Shown piece by piece: positions 10,354 through 19,300 of a stretch of 33,482 nt of DNA. The notes under the pieces were generated by a model. That model did not search any database. It saw only the letters and a program-made list of their open reading frames with translations, and was not told the origin of the DNA. Where the stretch lies: sequence record DRR378314_1650; one strand, 5' to 3'. The translations under genes and the position numbers were made by a program. The stretch's first letter is position 1. Every line of letters starts with the position of its first letter.

Positions 10354-11076
10354 CTAGTCAGCCGCACGGGTAAAAGTGATCCTGCCTGCGGTATTGCCAG
10401 CTCTGCGCCAATTCCGTTTGGTCCAATAGTATCCCTCTAGAACCAAATTATTAGCATCACCAGTTAGATCAATCCAGGCCGCACCATAGTGCTCACTGTC
10501 GTCATCTGAAGGTGTGTCTCTACGCTTCGACATATACACGTACGTCAATTGATGCTGAGTGGTGCCATTTACTTTCTTTATTGGAGAAGCGACTAAAGTA
10601 ATTGATTCAGACGACGGATTTACCCCGTCATCGAAGCTCGTCTTGACAGACACATCAAGGAAAGTAACTTTTATTTTAGCCGTTCCGCTCATCTTTTTCC
10701 GTTCAATCTTATCAACATCGATAGGCGAAAAGACGTCAAAGCTTGTATCCTTATCTGTTGCGGCTTCAGCCATCGCGAGATAGACAGGATAGTTTGACTG
10801 CAACTCAACCTTCCAATTCCCACTGATGTCTGGATAGGCTTCTTTATCGATCTTCATATACAGACCCCAGACCACCCTAAAAAAGCAAACATTATTGGCA
10901 AAAAAAATCAGCGCCGTTACGGATAACGTCGTAGACAGTCCCAATACCCTCAACCAAATTTCCGATATCGGCGCTCCAGTAACAAAGAAATAGGCTGCCC
11001 CTACTATCGCGACAAAAACAAAGTAAACCGCAATAACTAGCCTGATCAATAACTTAGCATCGAATATTCGGTACAT
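10354..11076 (-). CDS. cap15: CBASS effector, Cap15 family (2TM + beta-barrel, S-2TM-beta)
   Basis: Two N-terminal TM helices, then YPDISGNWKVELQS, LTYVY, HYGAAWIDL, LEGYYWTKR, TAGRITFTR strands typical of Cap15; adjacent to the CD-NTase; AGGTGG RBS. Confidence 0.85.
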   Translation of the reverse strand: MYRIFDAKLLIRLVIAVYFVFVAIVGAAYFFVTGAPISEIWLRVLGLSTTLSVTALIFFANNVCFFRVVWGLYMKIDKEAYPDISGNWKVELQSNYPVYLAMAEAATDKDTSFDVFSPIDVDKIERKKMSGTAKIKVTFLDVSVKTSFDDGVNPSSESITLVASPIKKVNGTTQHQLTYVYMSKRRDTPSDDDSEHYGAAWIDLTGDANNLVLEGYYWTKRNWRRAGNTAGRITFTRAAD

Positions 11077-11169
11077 GCCGCCACCTAATACAATTTCTTG
11101 AAATTTGGCTATAAGCCCCCATGATATTACTCAGATAGCAGTATTGACCACAAAAAAGGGCTATTTGAG

Positions 11170-12399
11170 ATGCTAAAACTTAATTTACATGGCTTGCTGT
11201 ATTCCTCAAACGCACAAACCGATTGTTTCTTCAGCAATATTTCCCTTAGCAAATCGTGCAAGGAGGATTTGCTTGATGCGCGAAGAAGCATCCGTGAACA
11301 TTTAAAGAAGAATCTTGCCACCAAGCTGGCCGCAAAAGCGCCTGGCGCCACGGCCTCAGGTGTTAAAGGAGCTAGCCCGAGGTTTTTTACTCAAGGATCC
11401 TGGGCATACAAAACGATAAACTCACCATGTCAAACTCCGCCCCAACAGGCCGATTTGGATGACGGGACCTACCTTCCGTTTAGCTATATAGAGACAAAAC
11501 CTCCGCATGAGATGAGTGAGATTCTCTTTGCTAGTGTTGAAGAATTGCTGGAGGAAATTGCCGAGGAAAAGAAGTGGCAAGTCTGCAACAAGAATAATAA
11601 CTGTACAAGAGTCATAATTTCATATGACAAACATATTGACGTTCCAGTTTACAGCATCCCGGACGAAGATTTTGTTACCCTAACCGCCAGCCTCGAATTG
11701 GCAAAAAGTCACGTAATGGCGATTAATGAATCGCTGGAAAGTATTTTCGCGACAGATCGAGATCGCGCGTATGCAATTCTGGAGTCCCTTGACGAGCAAC
11801 AGTGGAACGATATGCCTGAAGGTGTACTGATGGCTACCAAGGACAAAGGCTGGGTAGAAAGTGATCCAAGGCCTATACGAGACTGGGTTACAGAGCAGGT
11901 TAAAACTAAGGGAGAGCAGCTACGTAGGGTTATGCGATATATGAAAGCTTGGCGTGACCATGAGACCTGGAAAATCGATGACCCAAAATCGATTCTTCTA
12001 ATGGTTGCGGTTGATCGCGCTTTCCAGGCAGCAAAGCCAGGCCGTGATGACTTAGCTCTTCTTGACGTCCTCCAGAAACTTCCCAGTATATTGCAAGGTC
12101 AGGTTCTCAATCCGGCGACCCTCGATAGACCACCGGAAGAGCAGGAAGACTTGGCACTTAGACTCGATAAGAAATGCATCCGCCAGGATGTTGTCCAACG
12201 ACTCGAGCGTTTTTATGCAGAATTGGAAGTGGCTGTAAATAATAGTCCTTCGCCCGAACATTCATGCGATATTCTAGTTAAGCATTTAGGCCAAAGAGTT
12301 CCTTATCAGCCTAGCCGCGTAGGTCAAGACACTGTTCGTAGCACCACTGTGGAGAAGACCAAGGCAGTGGCGCCTATCGGGCAGGTTCACTCGGCGTGA
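11170..12399 (+). CDS. cdnA: CBASS cGAS/DncV-like nucleotidyltransferase (clade A, CdnA-like; probable 3'3'-cGAMP synthase)
   Basis: PRFFTQGSWAYKTIN, QQADLDDGTYLP, HIDVPVYSIP, SDPRPI, GEQLRRVMRYMKAWRD match DncV and Pseudomonas CdnA motifs; flexible tail ending VHSA. Confidence 0.93.
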   Translation: MLKLNLHGLLYSSNAQTDCFFSNISLSKSCKEDLLDARRSIREHLKKNLATKLAAKAPGATASGVKGASPRFFTQGSWAYKTINSPCQTPPQQADLDDGTYLPFSYIETKPPHEMSEILFASVEELLEEIAEEKKWQVCNKNNNCTRVIISYDKHIDVPVYSIPDEDFVTLTASLELAKSHVMAINESLESIFATDRDRAYAILESLDEQQWNDMPEGVLMATKDKGWVESDPRPIRDWVTEQVKTKGEQLRRVMRYMKAWRDHETWKIDDPKSILLMVAVDRAFQAAKPGRDDLALLDVLQKLPSILQGQVLNPATLDRPPEEQEDLALRLDKKCIRQDVVQRLERFYAELEVAVNNSPSPEHSCDILVKHLGQRVPYQPSRVGQDTVRSTTVEKTKAVAPIGQVHSA

Positions 12400-14075
12400 A
12401 GGTCGATTTCAGCGAGGTTAATCGCGCGTTATTTGAACACGGCTTTACTAACCAGAGGAATAAAAAAGGTATTTCAGTATACTCAGGGTTTTTACACGTG
12501 GCATCGAAAGAGGAAAATGTTAAAGCCACTATAATATTTCTAGATAGAGACATGAAAAAGCCACCGTACATTAGGCTGGATTCAATGCCTGATTGGGTTC
12601 CCATAGTGTGCCCACATATTTCCCATGATGGGTTGCTCTGTTACTTAGATTCCCAAAGAGCCTATTTGCCTAGGTGGGAGTTTCCCGGTGCAGTGATTAG
12701 TTGCATTCATGCAGCTGAAGCAATGTTGGATAAAATCGCCAGAGGAGAGATCGAGAGGGATATCGAGGATGAGTTTCTTGCCTATTGGGCTGGAAAACCA
12801 CTGTTGATCGATTTGCCAGATTTTTCAAAACGCAGGAATTTTGATGACCTTGGTTTTTTTGATATTGAACTGGACGAGCAAAGGAGCATCCAGTTAATTG
12901 GGGTTAGTCCATCTTATTTGGCGTCGGCTTATGAAGACTTTGTAAAGCCCGACCGCATCCACAGCACACCGTTGCACTTTGTTGAGATTGATTCGCCTCT
13001 AGGAGCGTCGGGTGACAATTGGCCACCAAAGACGGTGTATGATCTCCTAGAGTGGTCAAAAAAAATATCACCTTCAATACAGGATTGCGTTAGAAATGCT
13101 CTCTGCGACATCAGCGATCCATCGAAACCTCAGAGTCTTGTTCTGATTAAAGGTACAAATAAATCTTGCGCTGTAGCAATAAAAGGGAATATTGATTTCT
13201 TCCTATATAAGAAGTATAGAAGCCCCGAACAATTCGCACAAAGAGTTACAAGATTTCAAAAGCTTCAAAAAAGATTTGAATTAATTCGATTTGAACCCAC
13301 CCCGACGGACCCAGAGTCTTGGCTCACACGAAACAACCAAGATAAACACTTGGGGCTTTCAGGAAAGAGGGTTATACTTTTGGGCTGTGGTTCCGTGGGC
13401 GGGTATTTAGCGGACATACTTGCGAAGATGGGTGCCGGCCAACTCGGCGGAGAACTTATTCTTTCAGATGACGATTCATTACAGCCTGGGAATCTCGGTC
13501 GTCACATTCTCGGTTTTGCTGATATAGGCGGGAAGAAGTCACTTGGCATGCGCAATAGACTTAGGTCGATGTATCCTCATATTGAAGTAAACGTTAGTAC
13601 TGACGCGGAAATTAAAGATCGGTCTACGCACCTTGTTATTGACGCGACAGGCAGCAAGGAAGTATCTCACTATATCAATGAACTTAAAGTTGAAGGCGAA
13701 ATTTCCGCTGACGTGATATTTACTTGGGTGGCCGGTGAGGGTATCGGTGCTCAAGCGATACTTGTTTCTGATCTAAATTACGCGTGCTTGACCTGCCTAG
13801 AAACAGACAGACCTGGCGGCATTCATTCGGTCCTGAAGAATGGTTACGAAACTGGATTCAAGGAAGGCTCCGGAGGTTGCGGCGACTTCTTAGTTCCATT
13901 CGATGTCACCGCCGCAATTCATGCTGCTTCCCTCGCTGGGAAGATGGTTCTTGATTGGTCTAGAAATCGTCCCCACCCAACGCTGAGGACCATTTTGCTC
14001 GACAGGAAAAACGGTGCAGCCGTCACGGACGCATCTCCAAAGCCCAATAGGCAATGCCCTATATGTGCGAATTGA
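12396..14075 (+). CDS. cap2: CBASS Cap2, E2-E1 (ThiF) fusion ubiquitin-transferase-like enzyme
   Basis: N-terminal E2 with PHISHDGLLCY; E1 with VILLGCGSVGG, DDDSLQPGNLGRH, VIDATG, CLTC, GGCG and C-terminal CPIC; GTGA overlap with the cdnA stop. Confidence 0.93.
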   Translation: MKVDFSEVNRALFEHGFTNQRNKKGISVYSGFLHVASKEENVKATIIFLDRDMKKPPYIRLDSMPDWVPIVCPHISHDGLLCYLDSQRAYLPRWEFPGAVISCIHAAEAMLDKIARGEIERDIEDEFLAYWAGKPLLIDLPDFSKRRNFDDLGFFDIELDEQRSIQLIGVSPSYLASAYEDFVKPDRIHSTPLHFVEIDSPLGASGDNWPPKTVYDLLEWSKKISPSIQDCVRNALCDISDPSKPQSLVLIKGTNKSCAVAIKGNIDFFLYKKYRSPEQFAQRVTRFQKLQKRFELIRFEPTPTDPESWLTRNNQDKHLGLSGKRVILLGCGSVGGYLADILAKMGAGQLGGELILSDDDSLQPGNLGRHILGFADIGGKKSLGMRNRLRSMYPHIEVNVSTDAEIKDRSTHLVIDATGSKEVSHYINELKVEGEISADVIFTWVAGEGIGAQAILVSDLNYACLTCLETDRPGGIHSVLKNGYETGFKEGSGGCGDFLVPFDVTAAIHAASLAGKMVLDWSRNRPHPTLRTILLDRKNGAAVTDASPKPNRQCPICAN

Positions 14076-14545
14076 TTTTTTTCTCCTCAGAGCACGGATC
14101 CATAGTTCTAATATTGGCAGAGGTCCTTACGGAAATCGGCTCTTATATCCAAACGGATCAGTCCTTTGAGGAAGCGGGCGGGTTATTGATCGGCGAGAGG
14201 AGAGGCGGGCACTTCATTGTTAACGGCATCAGCTCACCACAACCAACAGACGTCAGGAGAAGGTCATCATTTGTTAGGAATGTACCGGGACATTATCGGA
14301 TAGTACAGTCGGCATTTAGAATGTCAGGGGGAACGTCAAACTATCTGGGCGAATGGCATACTCATCCAGAGGATATCCCTAGGCCTTCTTCTGTAGATAA
14401 AGAGAGCTGGGTCAAAAACTCACTAGAACTGAAAAAGCATACTTTGGCGTTAATTCAAGGGCGGAAAGGAATATATTTCTCGCTGATCCTTGCTGACGGG
14501 CGAGTTCTTGAGCTAAAGCAAGTCACGGATAGGCATCCAAAATAG
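14054..14545 (+). CDS. cap3: CBASS Cap3 JAB/MPN metallopeptidase
   Basis: EAGGLLIG and YLGEWHTHP...PSSVD JAMM motif; overlaps the cap2 end; start may be ATG 14063. Confidence 0.93.
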   Translation: MPYMCELIFFSSEHGSIVLILAEVLTEIGSYIQTDQSFEEAGGLLIGERRGGHFIVNGISSPQPTDVRRRSSFVRNVPGHYRIVQSAFRMSGGTSNYLGEWHTHPEDIPRPSSVDKESWVKNSLELKKHTLALIQGRKGIYFSLILADGRVLELKQVTDRHPK

Positions 14546-14813
14546 TTTATCCCTTATACGCCTAAACGGTGCCTGATGCGGGGTTTTCAGGATCGCGCGC
14601 TAGTTGCTCAACCACCCACAGATTTCATAGCTTGGCCGGCGGGGTACTCGAAGCCAGCGGGATCGATCAAGTAGCTGTCGAGGGCTCACCATAAGGCTTA
14701 GATGCCGTGATTTCGGCGGGAGTGGGAAAGCCGTAACGCCAGGATTTCGAAGTCCGTAATCAATCTCCATGTGGGAGACAAGATATCGGTATACCTGTCT
14801 GAGCAAACAATCT

Positions 14814-14841
14814 ATTTAACATAATATATATTACACGTAGT
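14814..14841 (-). other. dif: dif site (XerC/XerD chromosome-dimer resolution site)
   Basis: Minus strand reads ACTACGTGTAA-TATATA-TTATGTTAAAT. The XerD arm is identical to E. coli dif, the spacer is 6 bp and the XerC arm is a variant. It is intergenic, and KOPS converge on it. Confidence 0.88.
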
Positions 14842-15174
14842 TATGGATTTGGGCCGGTGGGACGAAGCGCTCTCAGAATCCTCGTCCTTTCGGCGGTTCC
14901 GGCTTGTCCCCGGGACCGCCCCCAGGCCGGTGCCGGGTCTGCACTGCGAGCGTTCCGCTCGACAGGTTCCGGACTTCATATGACGAAACTTAAGGTCGCA
15001 CCATTAGGCGGCGATTCCATATAAATCATTGGCTTGGAAGGTATACCTGAGGTCGTTTCTATTTTATTGGCGGGTGACATTCGCCGGCCTTCGCGGGTCT
15101 TTCATGGCAAACCATTAGGCTTGGGCTGTCCGCTTGACCTGTTTCCGGCGGGCTGCGTTAATCCGGCCGCCGCC

Positions 15175-15193
15175 GATAAAGGGAATCATTGTC
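15175..15193 (+). promoter_or_regulatory. Fur-box-like operator upstream of the RND efflux operon
   Basis: GATAAAGGGAATCATTGTC matches 15/19 of GATAATGATAATCATTATC; followed by a -10-like TATGAT at 15197-15202. Confidence 0.65.
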
Positions 15194-15258
15194 GTTTATG
15201 ATGGTCCACTCCCTGGGCGAGAGTAACCACACCGAAATCATTGGGGGTAACGGTACGG

Positions 15259-16356
15259 ATGCGCGATTGCGATACTGCAGGGCTGGCCGGCGTTCTGGAC
15301 GCCCGGCGTCTATTTTTCGGGCTGGCCGGGTTGCTGGCGCTGTTCGCATTCGAACCGGCGGCCGCCCGGGAGCCGGTCTCCCTGGTGACGGTGGAATCCC
15401 GCCAGCTTGAAGAGCGCCTGCCGCTCACCGGCACCCTGACGGCCAAGCGCGCCGCCCTGCTTTCCACCTCGGTGTCCGGCCTGGTGACCGCCCTTAATGT
15501 GGACCTGGGCGACCGCATGGAACAGGGCGACGTGCTGCTGGAGCTGGATTCGGAACTGAACCGCCTGGCCCTGGAAGGCGCCCGCGCCGCCGCCGCCGAG
15601 GCGGAAGCCACCCTGGCGGACGCCCGCCGGCGCCTGGAGGAAGCCAGCACCCTGGCGGCCCGCCAGAGCATTGCCGCCACCCAGGTGCGCGGCCTGGAAT
15701 CCGAGGTGGAGGTGGCCCGCTCCTCCCTGGCCGGTGCCCGCGCCGAGGCGCGCCGGCAAAGCGCCCTGCTCGCCCGCCATTCCTTGAAAGCCCCGTTCGA
15801 CGGCGTGATCAGCCAGAAGCAGACCGAAGTCGGCGAGTGGGTGACGCCGGGCACCTCGGTGCTGGAGCTGGTCAGCCTGGAGGATCTGCGCGCCGATCTG
15901 TCGGTGCCGCAGGAGTATTTCCCACGGGTGTCCAAGGACGACCGGTTGGAAGTCCGGCTGGGCGGCGACAGCGGCCCGGCCTACCCGGCCACCATTTCCG
16001 CCATCGTGCCGGTGAACGATCCCAGCGCCCGGACCTTCCTGGTGCGCGCGCAGTTGGAGTCGCCGCCGGCGATGACGCCGGGCATGTCGGTGCGCGCCAC
16101 TCTCTTCCTGCAGGGCGATGAGGCCAGCCTGGCGGTGCCCCGGGACGCTCTGGTGCGCTACCCGGACGGCCGGGTGTCGGTGTGGCTGGCGGAGGAAGGC
16201 GACGACGGCCTGGTGGCGCGCGAGCAGCGCATCCGCATTGGCGACGGGCTGGCCGACCTGGTCACCGTGAAGGAAGGGTTGTCCGCCGGCGACCGGGTGG
16301 TGGTGCGCGGCAACGAAAGCCTGACCGACGGCCGCGCGCTGCGGGTGTCCGAATGA
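15259..16356 (+). CDS. RND efflux periplasmic adaptor (membrane fusion protein)
   Basis: Lipoyl half-motifs VSGLVTALNVDLGDRMEQGDVLLELD and LKAPFDGVI; RTFLVRA, PGMSV, GLSAGDRVVVRG; start inferred. Confidence 0.93.
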   Translation: MRDCDTAGLAGVLDARRLFFGLAGLLALFAFEPAAAREPVSLVTVESRQLEERLPLTGTLTAKRAALLSTSVSGLVTALNVDLGDRMEQGDVLLELDSELNRLALEGARAAAAEAEATLADARRRLEEASTLAARQSIAATQVRGLESEVEVARSSLAGARAEARRQSALLARHSLKAPFDGVISQKQTEVGEWVTPGTSVLELVSLEDLRADLSVPQEYFPRVSKDDRLEVRLGGDSGPAYPATISAIVPVNDPSARTFLVRAQLESPPAMTPGMSVRATLFLQGDEASLAVPRDALVRYPDGRVSVWLAEEGDDGLVAREQRIRIGDGLADLVTVKEGLSAGDRVVVRGNESLTDGRALRVSE

Positions 16357-16365
16357 GGTCTCGCC

Positions 16366-19300
16366 GTGTTTGAAAAGATTGTACGCAACGGCACCCTGAT
16401 GACCGTGGTGGTGCTGATCATCACCATTCTCGGCGTGCTCGCGGCGCTGCGCATTCCGGTGCAGATGATTCCCGATCTGGAAGTACGCACCATCACGGTC
16501 CAGACCAGCTGGCCCGGCGCCACGCCCCAGGACGTGGAAAAAGAGATTCTGATCGAGCAGGAAGAATACCTGCGCAATATTCCCAATCTGCGCCGTCTCA
16601 CCGCCACCGCGCGCAGCGGCGACGCGGAGATCGAGCTGGAATTTCCGTTCGGCGTGGACATCACCGAGACGCTGATCCGCGTTAATAACGCGCTCAGCCA
16701 GGTGCCCTCCTACCCGGATAACGTGGACCAGCCGCGCATTCTGTCCACCTCGTTCTCCGCCAACGCGTTCATGTACTACCGGGTCTCGCCCCAGGAGGGC
16801 AATCCCAAGGACCTGGACATGGACATGATGCGGGACTTCATCGACGACAACGTGCGCACCCGCATGGAGAGTGTCGACGGCGTCTCCCAGGTGGAGCTGC
16901 GCGGCGGTGCCGAGCGGCAGATCCGCGTGCTGCTGGACCCGCAAAAGCTGGCGGAGCGCGGCTTCACGGTGACGCAGGTGCGCGAGGCGCTGCTGAGCCG
17001 CAACCAGGATGTGTCCGGCGGTGAAGTGGACAGCGGCAAACGGCGCTATCTGCTGCGCACCGTGGGGCGTTTCGACCAGGTGCCGCAGTTGCTGGACCTG
17101 ATTCTGGAGCGCCGCGAGGACAGCGTCACCCGCCTGCGCGACGTGGCCACCGTGGAGCTGGACCATTTCCCGGTGCGCGCCGAGTCGTTCGTCAACGGCG
17201 AGCCGGTGATCAGCCTGGCGGTGCGCCGCGAGACCGGCTCCAACGTGATCGACATCAAGTACGCCATGTTCGATCAGGTGGACCTGATCAATAAGGAGGT
17301 GCTGGAACCCGCCGGCATGCGCATGTCGCTGATCTCCGACGACGTGCGCTATGTGGAAGCCTCGGTGGCCAATGTCTGGACCAACCTGGCGATCGGCGCG
17401 GCCTTCGCCACCCTGGTGATGTTCCTGTTCCTGCGTTCGGTGCGGGTCACCGCCGTGGGCGTGGTGGGCATTCCGATCTGTACCATCGCCGCCTTCCTGG
17501 GCCTGTTGCTGGCCGGGCGCACCATCAATGTGATCTCCCTGGCCGGGGTGGCGTTCGCCATCGGCATGACGCTGGATAATTCCATCGTTGTGCTGGAGAG
17601 CATCGAGATCGAGCGGCGCAAGGGGCTGGACCGGTTCCGCGCTTCGGTGGAGGGCATCCGCAAGGTGTGGCCGGCGGTGTTCGCCTCCACCATGACCACG
17701 GTGCTGGTGTTCCTGCCGGTGGTGTTCATCTCCCAGGAAGCCGGGCAGCTCTATTCCGACATCGCCATCGCCGTGTCCGCGTCGATCCTGATCTCCATGC
17801 TGGTGGCGATGACGGTGATTCCGACCCTGGCGGCGCGGCTCGATTTCGGCGCCGTGTTCGACCACGACGGCCAGGACAGCGGCTGGCTGCGGCGCGTGCA
17901 CGGCGTCTCCCACTGGCTCAGCGCCACCGCGCCCCGGCGCCTGGCCACCATCGCCGCCACGGTCACCGGCGGCGCCCTGGTGCTGGTGCTGCTCACCCCG
18001 CCGGCGGAGTACCTGCCCGAAGGCGAGGAAGCCAAAACCTTCGCCTCCATGAACGCGCCGCCGGGCTACAACCTGAACGCCATGGTGGAGATCGGCAAGG
18101 AGGTCCAGGCCCACTTCCTGCCGCTGGTGGACGCCGACCCGGCCGCCTGGGAGCGCGGCGAACTGCCGGCGCCGCCGATCCGCTACCTGAACCTGTCCAT
18201 CGAGGCCCAGAGCCTGCGCATCATCGCCGAGCCGGTGGATCCGGATCATATGGAAGCGCTGATGGACTCGCTCACCGAATACTACGAGCGCTACCCGGGC
18301 ATGCGCGCCTTCGCCGCGCGCGGCTCGATCATTTCCAGCAACGATGGCGGCACCCGCAGCGTCAATCTGGATATCTCCGGCAACGACCTGGCCACTCTTT
18401 ATGAGGTGGCGCAAACCGCCTACCGGCGCGCCGAAGAGGTGTTCGACAACCCGCGCATCCAGAGCCAGCCGGCCAGCCTGTCCCTGGCCCAGCCGCTGCT
18501 CGAGGTGCGCCCGGACTGGGAGAGAGCCGCCGAGCTGGGCATGGGCGCCGGCGACATCGGCTTCACCGTGGCGGCGCTCACCGACGGCGCCTTCATGGAC
18601 GAGTTCTTCCTCGGCGACGACAAGGTCGACATCTACGCCTACAGCAACGCCGGCGTGGATCCGGACCTGGCCGCCCTGCCCTCGCTGCCGGTGCACACGC
18701 CGCAGGGCGCCACCGTGCCGCTGTCGTCGGTGGCGCGGCTGGTGGAAACCGTGGACACCAGCAGCGTGCGCCGGGTCAACGGCCGCCGCACGGTGACCCT
18801 GAACATTATTCCGCCCCGCTCCGTGGCGCTGGAAACCGGCGTCGCCATGGTCCGCAACGACGTGATCGGCGCCCTGCGCGAGGCCGGCGAGATCCCGGCG
18901 GAGGTCAACGTGGATATCTCCGGCGCCAGCGACCAGCTGCAGGCCACCCAGGAGGCCCTGGGCGGCAACTATGTGGTGGCGGTGTTGCTGGTCTATTTGC
19001 TGCTGGTGGCGATCTTCACCCACTGGGGCTACCCGCTGCTGATCATGACCACCATTCCGGTGGGCATCGCCAGCGGCATCCTGGGTCTGGCGCTGTTGAA
19101 CGGACTGGGTGAACTGATGCCATTGCTGGGCCTGCCCGGCTTCAGCCAGCCGTTCGACATGATCTCCATGCTCGGCTTTTTGATTCTGATGGGCACGGTG
19201 GTCAACAACCCGATCCTGATCGTGCACGAGGCGCTCACCAACCGGCGCGGCGGCATGGCGGTGGCCGAGTCTGTCAGCGAGGCGGTGCGCTCGCGGCTGC

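Larger units (their letters stand above)
10222..14813. mobile_element. AT-rich defence island (type II CBASS) between bioA and dif; no integrase or transposase seen
   Basis: Spot counts of 60-nt lines gave 37% and 47% GC inside versus 67% in a flank; non-host codon usage; GC recovers just right of dif. Boundaries are approximate. Confidence 0.8.

Noticed and set aside
10354-11076. Divergent gene as a CapW/CapH-type CBASS regulator
   Set aside because: No HTH, WYL or peptidase motifs; it has two TM helices and Cap15-like strands.
14600-14806. 68-aa ORF as a fifth CBASS gene
   Set aside because: TTG start, no clear RBS and no recognisable motif; kept only as part of the unexplained spacer.
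15310-19227. 1305-aa ORF antisense to the RND genes
   Set aside because: Shadow frame of high-GC coding sequence; no recognisable motifs and fully overlaps two well-supported genes.
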